This document shows positions 1 to 12,476 of a DNA stretch of 64,000 nt, piece after piece (position 1 is the first letter of the stretch; the number at the start of each line of letters is the position of its first letter). Both the position numbers and the translations under genes were made by a program. Location of the stretch: positions 104,658,001 to 104,722,000 of the forward strand of contig NC_058373.1 in the NCBI RefSeq assembly GCF_018350175.1, read 5' to 3'. The stretch comes from Felis catus. Its lineage: Eukaryota. Under the pieces are notes generated by a model. The model was given only the letters and a program-made list of their open reading frames with translations. It was not told the DNA's origin and did not search any database.

Positions 1-80
1 GGATTCTCTCTCTCTCTGCCTCTCCCCCACTCATTCTCTCTAAATAAATAAATAAGCATTAAAATAATAATAATAAATTA
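1..80 (+). mobile_element. 3' end of a CanSINE (cut by window edge)
   Basis: GGATTCTCTCTCTCTCTGCC...(CT)n followed by AAATAAATAAA tail. Confidence 0.8.
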
Positions 81-87
81 ACAATAA

Positions 88-286
88 ATTGGATTATTTG
101 CTTCCTATTTAGTTGTAGGAGTTCTTTATATATTTTATATATTAACCTTTTATCAGCTATATGGTTTGTGAGTATTTTCTTCCATTGTATAAGTTGCCTT
201 TTCAATGTATTGGTTGTTTCCTTTGCTGGGCAGAAGCCCTTTAGTTTAATGTAGTCCCACTTGTTTATTTTAGTTTTGGTTGCCTG
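88..286 (-). mobile_element. L1 ORF2 fragment (C-terminal region)
   Basis: TTTCCTTTGCTGGGCAGAAGC...TTTAATGTAGTCCCACTTGTTTATTTT is antisense L1 ORF2; similar to 31560-31750 in this window. Confidence 0.8.
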
Positions 287-2134
287 AAGAATACATTTTC
301 TAAAGAGACAATGTTTGAATTTTTCCTAGGATCCAGAAGCTACTGAATTTGGACAAATCAACTTTATAGAGAAACGTGTGCATATCTGTCTCATAATTAA
401 ATAATATAATTACCATGTTGCATCTAATTTGTATGCCGCTCTGTCTCTTGGAGCCAGAAATCCCACCCAAGCAACCTTAGGGTTTCTATTATAAATGCAC
501 CTAAGTCTTTGTTTTATTTAACAGACTCACCAGAGAGGACCAGAGAATAAACTCGTCAGAGAGGATAAACTCCCAAAACTCAAGTCAATATCAGAGCATC
601 AGTCACAGTAACAAGAATGAAGTGTCTGTTATTTTATACCACTTGATAATAGATTATGTAGCTAATGGAAACAGATTTTGCGGAAAAATTGTGATAATCT
701 ATAAATTAATTATGTTGTGATTTTAAATTTAAAAAAGCACCATACATAATACTATCTGTAGTAGGATCATAGCAGTATTTAAAAAATGTGCACTAGAAAA
801 CTAGATTTGGAATGTTCTCAAAATTTGTCAACACACTGTCTTTGAGTGATAGAGCATTTGAGTGATGACATTTTTTCTTTCTATTTTTCTGCATTGTCTG
901 TATTTTCCAAATTGAACACGCATTATTTGAAATATCTTTTGAAAATACGTTTCCTAAATTACAATTTTATTCTTTCAAAATGCAGTTTTCCTTTTAGGTA
1001 TACCCTGCCCAGTCTTCTTCCACATCCTTACCAAAAACTGCAAATTAACACTGAAAGAGAATTTATGTATTTATATCTGATCCTCAAAAGTTTGGCTGAT
1101 TACCAACAGCACAAATGTTTGGTCCCAAAGTTAAAATTTCAGGTGCAATTTTTTTTAAACCTAATGTTAACCAGAACAATGAAATGATATAATCCCTACA
1201 AAAGAGTTGACAGTGTCTTACAACATGATCATTAAAAATAAAGATGCCGTCTCGTTACTGCAAGACCAGGGAAATTTTGACATTACCCAGGACATGAAAA
1301 TATTGTAGCCCCAAAACATGCCAATCATGTCTTCGAATTTGTAATTATTTCAACAGAGTGGATTGGCCTGACTCAAAAGTTATATTTAAAGAAGTTATAA
1401 ATATTATAATCATAAAGTAATAAGTAATTAGCATATTCTTCATCCCAGAGTGCACCAAGGACTTCATTTAGTAGAATATCATGCTCTCTCTCTTCAAAGA
1501 CAAGTAGAAAATAGAAATGAAAAATAATTTTCCTAAGGCCACACAGAGTAAAATATGATTGGACTAGATACCTCCTGATTTATGAATCTCTCCTGAGTAT
1601 GTCATTAGAATCTTGAAAATATATGTTACCACTGGGCTAGGCAGAAGCACTGTTTTTTAATCAAAATTCCCATGTTGCAAAAGTGATTTTATATAAAGCA
1701 ATATTTAGCATTTTCATTTCCAAAGCAAACATTAAAAAAAAAAATAAAACTACTTCCCACTTGACTTTGTGGGAAATCGCTACTAATAACTATTGTTAAA
1801 CAGTTTGCAAAAATATGACATGCTATTTCATTGCCTGATAATAATAAGCTTAGCAGAACAAAGCCTAAATAAATAGCTCTATGCTATTGTTTCTCAGCTT
1901 CAGAAAATTACACATGCTTTTACTAGTTGATAATTTTGTGCACTTAAAATCTAGAAACATTCATTAAAAATTAATAGTCTTGTATCATAAATAATATAAG
2001 CATATCTTTAAAAGATACGGAAGATAGATTATTGGCATTTTGTAAAATTGATAAGGAAAGACTACTATGTCCCACTTCAAAGATTACCTACATTTCTAGG
2101 AAGGCTCAGGAACAATTTTGGGAGTTTGCTTTCT

Positions 2135-2361
2135 TTTTTTTTTTTTAATTTTTTTTTTTAATGTTTATTTATTTTTGGGACAGAGAGAGACAGAGCATGA
2201 ACAGGGGAGGGGCAGAGAGAGAGGGAGACACAGAATCGGAAACAGGCTCCAGGCTCCGAGCCATCAGCCCAGAGCCCGACGCGGGGCTCGAACTCACGGA
2301 CCGCGAGATCGTGACCTGGCTGAAGTCGGACGCTTAACCGACTGCGCCACCCAGGCGCCCC
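2135..2361 (-). mobile_element. Young felid CanSINE
   Basis: Full head-to-tail element, CpGs intact, perfect TSD GGGAGTTTGCTTTCT (2120-2134 / 2362-2376). Confidence 0.97.
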
Positions 2362-3569
2362 GGGAGTTTGCTTTCTGTGTAAATTCTCTTATGATCTGTA
2401 AGGGCCAAGAAATAGCAAAAATTACCTCCTATCCCCCCCCCCCCCCCCCAACACACACACACTCACTAGTTATGTCAAAGCAACGAAGAGCACCTGTAAA
2501 TTCATTTTTATTTTAAGCAATGGCTCCGGTACATTTTTTTTTTTTTTTGGTCCTCAGAAAGAGAAAATACTTTTGCTTGCTGCCAGCTGGCTGTGGTGGA
2601 GAAGCAGAAGCCTCACCAGGATTAATGGAAGAATGACCAACTTATGGAGGAGACTCCAGCGAATGATGTCATGTGTGGTTAATACTGGAAATAGCAATGC
2701 AGACATTTTCAAGTCCTAAGATTACAGAGAAGACCTAACAATAGAGAACCCTAACAATGCGGGGGGCTTTATTAGAAACAATTCACCTCCACGAGAAAGA
2801 ACTTTTCCTAAGCATGCCCTTCTACCCTTGGGGAAGAGGAGTGACAAATGAGATTGGTAAATTTGGGGCAAATAGAAGGGCATGCTCTGATCAGCTGTAC
2901 TTTTCTTCCACTTGAGAGTGTGCCTGTTCACAAAGAGCATGAGTTCTCGCTGCTCCTCTGTGCCCAGAGCCTCTCCTGGGCAGGTGTCCTCCTCCAGGGG
3001 AATTCTACCCCAGCCAGCCGCCACTGGGGCAGTCAGGCAGTTCTGCCTAACTCAGGACTTTAGCTGTCAAGCAACCCACGTGGGCAGCAGAGCCCAAGCC
3101 ATCGCCTTACTTCTGGCTTCTGGAAGTAAACAGGAGAGATACTTGGTCCCTGTCTTTTCACTATTTTATATATGTACTTTTTCAAAAACTGAGCCTCTTT
3201 GGGTATCAGTTTGGGTGGTTTTGTTCCGATGGTACCATAGCAAATCACGACACTTACTCTCAGAAAAGGGCTTTCATTCACTGCCCACTGATTTGCAAAG
3301 ACTCCAAGCCAAATCTACTGCCTGATTTATAAGGAAGTCATCAATCATCACATGAGACACTGAGTCCACACTTGAATAATCTGCTTATTCAACATCGCAA
3401 CATCACAATTCTGACCACAGCACATTATAGATCTGTGCCATTATTTATTAATGTCTCTCTTTTGAAAGGCTCATTATTTTTTACTGTAAAGTATTATCCC
3501 AAAAGGAAAGCACATTCCCACTGTGGAAGGAAAATGAGTCCCACTTGTCAAAGATTAACACCAAAAATG

Positions 3570-3795
3570 TACACAGCACTTAGCATACGCCAGGCACCAT
3601 TAGAAGTGCTTGACAAATATTAACTCCTTGACTCCTCCCAACAATCCTAGGAGTAGGTACTATTATTGCTGTCACTGATAGAAGAGAAAACTGAGGGATG
3701 GAGAGACCAGGAAATTTGCTCAAAGTCAAGCAGCTAGTGAGGCGCAGACTGGGATCAGCCCCAAGTATCTTGTGTCAAGTGTCCTGGCTCTAACG
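3570..3795 (-). mobile_element. MIR SINE (ancient)
   Basis: ACAATCCTAGGAGTAGGTACTATTATT...AAACTGAGG...TTTGCTCAAAGTCAAGCAGCTAGTGAG core. Confidence 0.7.
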
Positions 3796-3882
3796 TCAGC
3801 TCTGACAGACCCCAAATGTAGAAAGTGACCCTAGCGCCAAAGGCAGCAAAAAGAAAAATCAATGTTCTCACTGTATAAAAAC

Positions 3883-4109
3883 GAAAATGAAATGCAAAGC
3901 ATGATAACCAATTAACAAAAATTCACTCCTGAAAATTTCATTTTTCTTGCACAAGAGGTATCTGTTAATAGGCAGTTGATAATAATATTTTTAATTGAAA
4001 AATGAAAATGAAAATGAAATGCAGAGAATAACAACTGATTTATAAAAATCCACTCTGGAAAATTCTATCTTTCTCATGCAATAAATAACTGTTGATGGTA
4101 AGTCAATAA
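3883..4109. repeat. Old local duplication, two 100-bp copies, period 127 bp
   Basis: 3883-3982 vs 4010-4109 align without gaps at 72/100 by hand count. Confidence 0.8.
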
Positions 4110-4489
4110 GAGCTTCATTTTGAGTAGCTTTAAGATTAATCAGAGTAAGATGCCCCGAAAGGGAAAGGAGTGTTTTAATTCATTTTTGCTTCTCTTTTGC
4201 TAGGTCCTGAGCAGAAATCTACAGAGGTTGAATCGACCTGAATCACTCTGAGTTTATCTAATGGAATTTTTCCCCACCACATTCTTCAGTGTGCTTATCA
4301 GTAGCGATTCTTATCCCTCACGCACCTCTTTCACAGGAGCCTGCCTTCAAGTGATTCATGTGGTCGGCAGGAAGTGAATTATAGTTCTTGGCCCTGTTAC
4401 TTCAGTTTCACCCAAGCAATAATACTGTATCTGTGAAGTCAGGCATTGATGGGCTATTCTTTTCATAAAGTATGCATGAAGTGAGACAG

Positions 4490-4868
4490 TATTAAGCCTC
4501 CCCCACCCCACTCCTTTGCCTCCTAGTCACATGGCGACTATACATTTCCCAGCCTCCCTTGCAGTTAAGTGGAGTCACATGGCTGACTCTAGTCAATAAA
4601 GTGTGAGCAGAAGTGAGTCAGGGCACCTTCAGGGATCTTGAGTGTCCTGTCTTTGTCTGTCTTTGACTGGAGAAAGCCGACTCAAGGATCTAGAGGAACC
4701 CAAAGGCCCCAAATAGGAGTCTGAGTCCTTAAATGATAGAACAGAGGACTGACTCCCACCAAAGCCCACAGTGGACTATGATATAAGGTGAGAAATAACC
4801 TTTTACTGTCACAACTCACTCAGACTTTGAGATGGTATGACAGCAGTTACTGTATTCTGATTAATATG
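4490..4868 (+). mobile_element. MaLR (MLT1-type) solo LTR
   Basis: CATTTCCCAGCCTCCCTTGCAGTTAAGTGGAGTCACATG...GAGAAATAACCTTTTACTGT...CTGATTAATA typical of MLT1. Confidence 0.7.
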
Positions 4869-5156
4869 ATGCATTAAAGCAAATGCTTACCCTCCTGCTA
4901 TTTGAAAATGGTTTCTCTATATATCCTTAAAATGACAACTCTTTGGTAAACATGATGTAGGAGGCACAGCCCCGGCGTACACAGCTTGGCCATTCCATAG
5001 AAAATGTGCTTCCAGACACTGATGGAAATCATCAAAGGCTGTATCATCCCAAGTCATGTTATAGCTAAATCTGTTCTAGAACTTACTGATTTTTTCTCTT
5101 TCTGCTAATCCTTCACTGTGACTGGCATATTGAACGAGTACAACTCATGAGTTTAA

Positions 5157-5282
5157 GTGGGTGATGGGCATTTGAGGAGGGCACTTGTGGGGATGAGCAC
5201 TGGGTGCTGTATGGAAACCAATTCGACAATAAATTATATTAAAAAAATAAAACTCAAAACACATAAATAAAATTAAATAAAT
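5157..5282 (+). mobile_element. Severely 5'-truncated carnivore/felid L1 3' end
   Basis: GGGTGATGGGCATT..GAGGAGGGCACTTGT..GGATGAGCACTGGGTG..GTATGGAAACCAATT, AATAAA and A-rich tail; matches 62415-62507. Confidence 0.9.
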
Positions 5283-5512
5283 GGGGACTGTCTCCATCAA
5301 GACTCACTGATGGAATTGTCATCAGTATTCTTTTAAAATGCAAAAATGTCCATATGTAGAGAGTCAAATATCACTGTACATAGAATTGATGAAAAAAAGG
5401 CTTTAAAACGAGGGAAAAAATAATCACCAAAACTTGCTTTTCTCCACTGTCTCTTTAAACGCAGTCAGATCCTTCTCTTCACCCTGACTTTTATGGTCAT
5501 GCTTAGCAGACA

Positions 5513-5612
5513 GGAAGGAAGGAAGGAAGGAAGGAAGGAAGGAAGGAAGGAAGGAAGGAAGGAAGGAAGGGAGGGAGGGAGGGAGGGAGGGAGGGAGGGA
5601 GGGAGGGAGGGA
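5513..5612. repeat. Compound microsatellite (GGAA)14(GGGA)11
   Basis: Direct reading. Confidence 0.97.
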
Positions 5613-6219
5613 GGAAAGTAAAATTTACTGTCATTTTAAGTCACAACTGCAATCTCAATTTGGGATTTTTAAGTGGTGAACTGAATATAGTAATCAACAG
5701 AGCAGTTGTCAAAATTAATACTCCTCCCTTCCACATGCCCTTCCCCATCCTGGGCCAGCAGCCAGCTGCTCCCCACCTTACAGGACGAGAGTCTGGTTAA
5801 CATCTCCTGTGTTAAATTTGAAATTTCTCCCCCCACTTCCCCACTGCTATTTCTGACCTGTGTCCCATCCAGGGTTGAAGCTGCAGGAGGAAGAAGTAAA
5901 AGGGCAGGAAAATTCCTACTTGACAAGTCCTATAGTAATACAGTGCTGTTTTTTTCTGGTGCTGGTGGACATTTATAGCTGACTTGTTTCTATTGTATTT
6001 CCATGGGTTCAATGGAAACTCTTTTCTGGGTGCCTCTAACTGGACCCCATCGGCTCATCGATGCCTCTCATTTGGTGCCCATTCCCCAACACCCTCAGCT
6101 TCTGTCCCCTATCCCCTCACCCCCGTATTTAAGTTCTCTTGCCAGTTTATTTACTTGCTTATTGTCTGTTCTGCTCCACACCTCCACCCCCATCCCACTA
6201 ACCTGTCAGTTCCATGACC

Positions 6220-6271
6220 ACTGCCATGGTGTCCTTACCCTGCCTTTTACTGCCATGGTGTCCTTACCCTG
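6220..6271. repeat. 23-bp direct repeat ACTGCCATGGTGTCCTTACCCTG x2, period 29
   Basis: 6220-6242 and 6249-6271 identical. Confidence 0.9.
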
Positions 6272-7233
6272 GAGAAATTCTCTTAGAATTATTCCAGGCC
6301 ATTGGTTCAGCGGCTGGTCCCTAGTATTCACATTCCATCACAGACCAGAGTCGTTATGCAGACGGCAGAAGCAGCAACTCTTCCTGGCCAGAGCCCTCAC
6401 TGCCCCCATCTCTCTGGCTCCTTTAATTCCCCAGTGAGGCTGGGAGAAATGAGACACCAGTTGGCCAAGCCCTTCTACCCACAAGGGTCATATTTTAAGC
6501 TCTCTGGGTAGCCTGGTGAAAGTCCCCTCATCAGATTTTGGGGTGAGGGGCTAAGCACATCCCTAATTCTCTTGCTTAGTTTGGGTGGAATCATAGTACA
6601 GCTTTCCCCTGCGAAACGCTCCTCACAAAATCATTTTAATTTTGAACTATCGACTCACTTATCTTTGACATAGATAAGGGGCTTTATGAGTCGTGTAACT
6701 GGTTTTCAGGCTTCCCTTTTGAATTCCGCATTTGGTTTAACATTCTTTTTGGAGTGGACCTTCTATTTCTCTCGGTGCCTCCACCGAAACTCCACAGTCC
6801 TGTTATCCTAGTTAAATCCAGGTCTTCCCTTCGAGCAAGCATTCGAGTAAATGCCTATTTTTAGGCTTCTGGTATCATATTTAACACGTCTACACTTCAG
6901 TGTGGCTTACCTGTTATGTGCTACACATAGCAATTGCTTGATTTGGCATGGCAACAGCTGTTCCATTTCCATTGCCTTTAAGCAGACGATTTAATTTTCT
7001 TCCAACCACCTCCATTGGGGACTTTGTCAGTCCTAGTTTCTGTTTTTCCATATTCATAGGGTAACAGTCCAGTTGGAAGGGAAGGCCAAAGAACTATTCC
7101 TGAAGTTGTGGTTGCTTTGTTTTTACTCAGAATATGTGCTGAAGATCAATAAAAACAGCAAAATGTTCTAAAGATGCTTTGCTTCATGCTCAACACAGAT
7201 GAGAAAGCTTCATTGTCTACCTCTAAGTTATCT

Positions 7234-7459
7234 TTTTTTTTTTTTAATTTTTTTTTCAACGTTTATTTATTTTTGGGACAGAGAGAGACAGAGCATGAAC
7301 GGGGGAGGGGCAGAGAGAGAGGGAGACACAGAATCGGAAACAGGCTCCAGGCTCTGAGCCATCAACCCAGAGCCCAACGCGGGGCTCGAACTCACAGACC
7401 GCAAGATCGTGACCTGGCTGAAGTCGGACGCTTAACCGACTGCGCCACCCAAGGGCCCC
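7234..7459 (-). mobile_element. Young felid CanSINE
   Basis: Full element, TSD TACCTCTAAGTTATCT (7218-7233 / 7460-7475). Confidence 0.97.
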
Positions 7460-7624
7460 TACCTCTAAGTTATCTTGCTAATTTATTTGTTTACTTGCTT
7501 GCTGTCTTTTCCTCTTCACATCCACCTTACCCCACTGACACGTCAGTTCCATGACAGCAGAATTTAGTCATCGGGTTGACTACTGTTAACTACGCCCCGT
7601 GCCAATGACTGACTGTGACAGAGA

Positions 7625-7802
7625 AGATGCTTTCCAAACTTCAGGGGCACAAAAATCATTTGGCATGATTCTAAATCAAATGCAATTTGATGGAATAGTT
7701 GATTTTAACCAGTAGGCCTGGGGTGGGCCAAGGAGACTGGTTTTTTTTAACCATTTCCCAGGTGATAATGATGGTCTGCAGACAACCACCCTCTGAGCAG
7801 CA
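7625..7802. mobile_element. hAT-Charlie MITE (MER5-like)
   Basis: TTTCCAAACTT...AGTAGGCCTGGGGTGGGCCAAGGA...TTTTAACCATTTCCCAGGTGAT...CTCTGAGCAGCA. Confidence 0.6.
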
Positions 7803-7821
7803 ACGTTAAAAAACCTTGTGG

Positions 7822-8019
7822 GGGGCGCCTGGGTGGCTCAGTTGGTTGGGCGGCCGACTTTGGCTCAGGTCATGATCTCGGGGTCCATGAGTTCGAGCCC
7901 ACGTCGGGCTCTGTGCTGACAGCTCAGAGCCTGGAGCCTGTTTCAGATTCTGTGTCTCCCTCTCTCTGACCCTCCCCCCATTCATGCTTTGTCTCTGTCT
8001 CAAAAATAAATAAACGTTA
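7822..8019 (+). mobile_element. CanSINE lacking poly-A tail and TSD
   Basis: GGGGCGCCTGGGTGGCTCAG head, ends abruptly at AAATAAACGTTA. Confidence 0.93.
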
Positions 8020-8679
8020 TTTGACTGAATTTTCCTTTTTACTTCGCTATTTGTTATGTACAGTATTTTAGAGAGAATGATGGAGATTATGGGGCAAAGA
8101 GCCCTTCAGAATTGTCCCTTGCCACCACCACTGTCTGTCCCCAATTTTAGCCGCTGGTCTCATCTTTCTTGGCATCAACATCCAATGTCTTTCACTCAGA
8201 TTCACATGAGGCCATCCTTCCTGCGACAAAGTCTCTGAGTGCTGACAGCAGTAAGATTATCAACGTCTGCTCCTGGTCTAAGAAGTATTTTAGAGGACAC
8301 CATGCAAAAGGACCAGACCTCAGTTTGGGGCCCAGGACTCCAAATTACATAAGTCTCAGCAAGGCTCAAAGAGAAAGCGTCATCCCATGTAGCAGTGACT
8401 ACAGACTACACACCTGGGAGGTGTGGCCCCATCTTACTTTTTAACTCCTCTAAAGCGGATGGACGCTTTGCATAAATTTGCATAGTATTAGGTCATTCCG
8501 ATCCTGTCCGGTGAGAAAGTGACTTATTAAGAGAAACTTCTGTCCCAAATTCCAGCTGGGGAGACAATGAACAAAACAGATCTATTTCCCAGAAACCTGA
8601 GTTCAAAGCAGAGGGCAGGGTGGGTAGCAGAGGCCCTGACAGAACTGGGATGGAGAGAGGCCTCAGTGAGGCCTGCAGT

Positions 8680-8700
8680 GGGGGGGGGGGGGGGGGGGGG
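8680..8700. repeat. G21 homopolymer
   Basis: Direct reading. Confidence 0.9.
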
Positions 8701-8849
8701 AATCTGGAATTACAACTGAAGCAACAGCTTCTCCAAATGCAAGTTTGAACTACTTATCACTTGAGCTGGATAATTCTCTTTATATCCCACCATAAGAGAG
8801 CACTGCAGCCTAAAAAGGTAAAGGAGGGTAGGGTGAGAGGGGCAAAGAT

Positions 8850-9050
8850 TTCAGTGTGGATTCCCTTCCAGATTCTCCACTTACTGACTATGTGACTTGG
8901 AGCAAGTTACATAATCTCTCTGAGCTTGAACTGTCTCATCTGTAGAGGAGGGACAAGAATAACAATCTTGCAAGGTCACTATGAGAATTAAATAAAATAT
9001 ATTCCAAGAGGCTCAGTACGATGCCAGCTTTTCGCAGGTACTGAGCAAAT
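8850..9050 (+). mobile_element. MIR SINE
   Basis: CCACTTACTGACTATGTGACTTGGAGCAAGTTACATAATCTCTCTGAGCTT...CTCATCTGTA core. Confidence 0.75.
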
Positions 9051-9230
9051 ACCCCCTCCCCCCTTCAAGGACCACCACAGACAAGGGAGACATCTGGTAT
9101 TCTGTAGGCTCCTCAGGCCTGTAAAGCACCTTAACTTTGAAAGCATCTTCACAGGTGTTTACTTACTTTGCTTTTCTACAAAAAGAGAGAGAGAGAGAGA
9201 GAGAAGGAAGATGTGAAGAAAAGAAATACA

Positions 9231-9442
9231 GGGGCACCTGGGTGGTTCAGTCGGTTAAGCGTCCGACTTCAGCTCAGGTCACGATCTCACGGTTCGTGAG
9301 TTCGAACCCCACATCGGGCTCTGGGCTGATGGCTCAGAGCCTGGAGCCTGCTTCCGATTCTGTGTCTCCCTCTCTCTCTGCCCCTCCCCCATTCATGCTC
9401 TGTCTCTCTCTGTCTCAAAAATAAATAAACATTAAAAAACAA
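9231..9442 (+). mobile_element. CanSINE
   Basis: Full element, TSD AAAAGAAATACA (9219-9230 / 9443-9454). Confidence 0.96.
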
Positions 9443-10299
9443 AAAAGAAATACAAAAAGAGGGAGCTGTGGCAGAAAAGGAAGATGTGAAGAAAAGAAAT
9501 ACAAAAAGAGGGAACTGTGGCAGAAACACAGGACGTTGTAAAACAACAACAAAAGCCTACAGCCCCATCGGACATAGAGATGTGGCATGTGACTATCAGA
9601 GGCTCTCACGAGGCAGATGAAGGTCAACTGACAGCGAGTCAAGTCTGCAGTAAATGCTCTCCAATTAAAATAAAAGTCAAGCCTCTGAGTTTGTTGTGAA
9701 TTTGACCCAGAAATTAAGTTTTGAGAAGAAAGAAGTCTTGCTATTCCAGCCACCTGCACGTGGAATAACAGTGGCACTTAGCCTTGCTAATCACTGATGT
9801 GTATTCCCTGGTGGGACCCTAAGGGATACGGCTGAACCACGCTACCCTATTAAAACTTCCTAAATATAGCCTCTGAGGTGCAATGTCTGCTGGACCCTTT
9901 TACATGTCAAGATCCAAAGCAAGTTACAGATCTGCAGTGCAGATAGAATTGGGGCCCAGCGGAAGCCCACACTGTGCCCTTCCCCTCTCCACCTTTTGGG
10001 GGCTACTTACATGGAACCACTGGGTATCTTCCAAGATAGAGATGAGTTAGGCTAAAGGAGGAGACAGTCCTCCACCAGCCTGGCCCATCAGCATTGCCCC
10101 TCTGGCCTTTGACTAAGTCTTCAGAAAGAGACGGCTTTGAGAAATAGCCACAAACCATACTCACGTATATCTGAGAGACACTGGCCACAGCAGGCAGTGG
10201 AACTTTGGGGGCATAGGACAAAGACAACGAGTGGAGAAAAGGAGCTGTCCCCATGTCACTAGTGTGACATTTCGCCCAGTGATCAAGTGTGCTAGCCCA

Positions 10300-10480
10300 A
10301 TGGACCTGGGTTTGAATCCAGGTTCTGCCATTTTCCAAGTATATGAGGTGGGGCAAGTTTGGTAACCTCAGTTTCATCATCTATATAATGGACACAAAAA
10401 TGGAACCATCTCTTAGAGTCTCTCTGAGGCCTACATGAGACCCATGTAAAAGCAGTGCCTACAACTATTCTCAAGTCATT
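10300..10480 (+). mobile_element. MIR SINE
   Basis: GACCTGGGTTTGAATCCAGGTTCTGCCA...GGGCAAGTT...CCTCAGTTTCATCATCTATATAATGG. Confidence 0.7.
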
Positions 10481-10599
10481 ACAGAAAATAACACACGTAC
10501 AGTATAATCCTCTGACACAACAAAGTAGCTTAATCCCAGAAGTAACAGCAGACCACAGACCCTTGGAAACCGTTCTCCGTGAGGACTGAAGGGACAGTA

Positions 10600-10860
10600 A
10601 TAACAAGGGCGATAGCAGAAAGCACCTGCATAGTGCTTCCCATGAGCCAGGTGCTGTTCTCAGTGCTCTAATTGATTAACTCATTTGGTTCACACAGCAA
10701 TTCTTATGAAATGAAAACATTATTATAATCTTTATTTCACAGATGAGGAAACGGGCATGGAGAGGCTAAGTAATCTGCCCGAGATTACAGGACCCGTGAG
10801 TGTCAGGGCAGGTCCAACCCAGGCAGTTAGATCCAGAATCTTGCCCTCCACTATTAGGCA
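10600..10860 (-). mobile_element. MIR SINE
   Basis: TTTCACAGATGAGGAAACGGGCATGGAGAGGCTAAGTAATCTGCCC core in antisense orientation. Confidence 0.7.
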
Positions 10861-12253
10861 ACACAACCTCTCGATACCATGGCCCAATGCCAACCAAGAC
10901 GTGGCACCACACTGGGGCCCGCTAGAGTACAGCCCTTCTCACCATACCAGCCATAAGGCGTCTCACAAACATCAGTATTCAGAGCAGCTCAATCAAGCGT
11001 GCAGATGCCCCAACAAGATCCACAATACCAGTGGGTTGGACAGAGCAGGGCGGTCCAGGGCAGAGGGCAATGGCACCATTAGTTGTGGCAGGAATCACAA
11101 AGAGACAGTCCCAGCTGGCCCAGCAGCCAGCCATACCCCCAGGAGAGGAAAAGGAGGAAAGAAATGGTAAATTCCCCATAGTGGTGAGTGCTCTGGGGTG
11201 GTAGCACTCTCTAGTAAATTCCTGTGGGACACAGTAGTGGAGGCTAGAAGTCTAGCATTAGTGGGGGAGAATTAGAGCTATTCTGGTTTTTAACTATAGG
11301 TATTACAGAGTTACCCCTAAATTGGCCCTCCTGAAGAAGCCCACAGCTGTAAGCATCTGAACATCAAACCTTTCTCTTGCTGATTATAAATTATAAGTTC
11401 CCGAAAGGCAGAGAATGCGTCTCTTGCATTCTGATAGTCCCCACCAGTGGCCAGAGGCCTCTTTTCACACAGTAGGCCATCAATAAATGTGTAATGAAGT
11501 TAACCAAATATATTTAATAAAGATTTACTACCTAGGGCTAGCCCTTAAAACAATTACTTTCAACTTTGCAATTTTCTTTGTAGAGGCGATGGCATAAACC
11601 AACTTTTCTGCTCTAAGTTTCGGTAGAACAAAAAAGCTCGTAACGGCAAAACTAAAGACCTAGTCCAACCTCTGAGCACATTTATTGCACAGTGACTCTA
11701 AACACTAAGGCAAAGTCCTTCCTCTGTAGTGAAAAGAATATAAATTATATATATACATTTACATATATATGTATCATATATGTAATTATATATAAATTAT
11801 ATATAAATAGGCTCTTTGCAAACTCAATCTTGTTGCTTCCCCTGAGTAAAAGCATTCATGGCTGATAGCAGCTTTCATTATTATTATTACTATTATTTTT
11901 GCTAACACCTACCAATCCTGAATGTATCCAATCCAATGTTATTTGTTGCTATCACTCAAAGAAGAAAAGTTGCTGCAATTTGTGCCATAACTCTTTAAGT
12001 CAATTGTTGTCAAATGTATAAAGGTGACTTCAGGTCAGCCTGGAGCACTGGTTGCCATGTCCCAATGTCTGGACCCCTGGTGCAGGACTAGACTAGGGCC
12101 AGAATGTGATGGAGTGAACATAAATTAAAGGAGACTGCACCTTCTTTCATGGAACCCCCAGAGATGTTAGTCATGGAAATTGAAAATCGCCATTCTACTA
12201 AATGTAATTTAGCAGTGCTTTCACAGATACCAACTTCTCAGTGACAATTTTAA

Positions 12254-12476
12254 CAAGGGTCAACAAACGATAGCTTGTGAGCCAAATCTAGCCCCTCTCC
12301 TGTTTTCCAAAGTAAAATTTCATTGAACACAGCCACACTCATTCATTTATGTGTTGTCTATCACTGCCTCTGCCACACTATAAGTGCAGAGTTGACTAGT
12401 CTCAAAAGAGGCTGAATGGCTTGCAAAGCCAAAAATATTTTCTCTGTTATCTACCGAAAAAGTTTGCCAATCCCTG
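12254..12476. mobile_element. hAT-Charlie MITE (MER58A-like)
   Basis: TIR-like ends CAAGGGTCAACAAAC...GTTTGCCAATCCCTG and internal GAACACAGCCACACTCATTCATTTATG. Confidence 0.75.

Noticed and set aside
2118..2516. Recurrent ORFs such as FFNVYLFLGQRETEHERGRGRERGRHRIGNRLQA and SVKRPTSAQV...SLEPASDSVSPSLS
   Set aside because: Translations of CanSINE sense/antisense strands, not a protein family.
8658..8700. Inverted repeat AGGCCTCA-G-TGAGGCCT beside G21, superficially like a parvoviral ITR motif
   Set aside because: Only ~12 matching bases, no other viral sequence; expected by chance.
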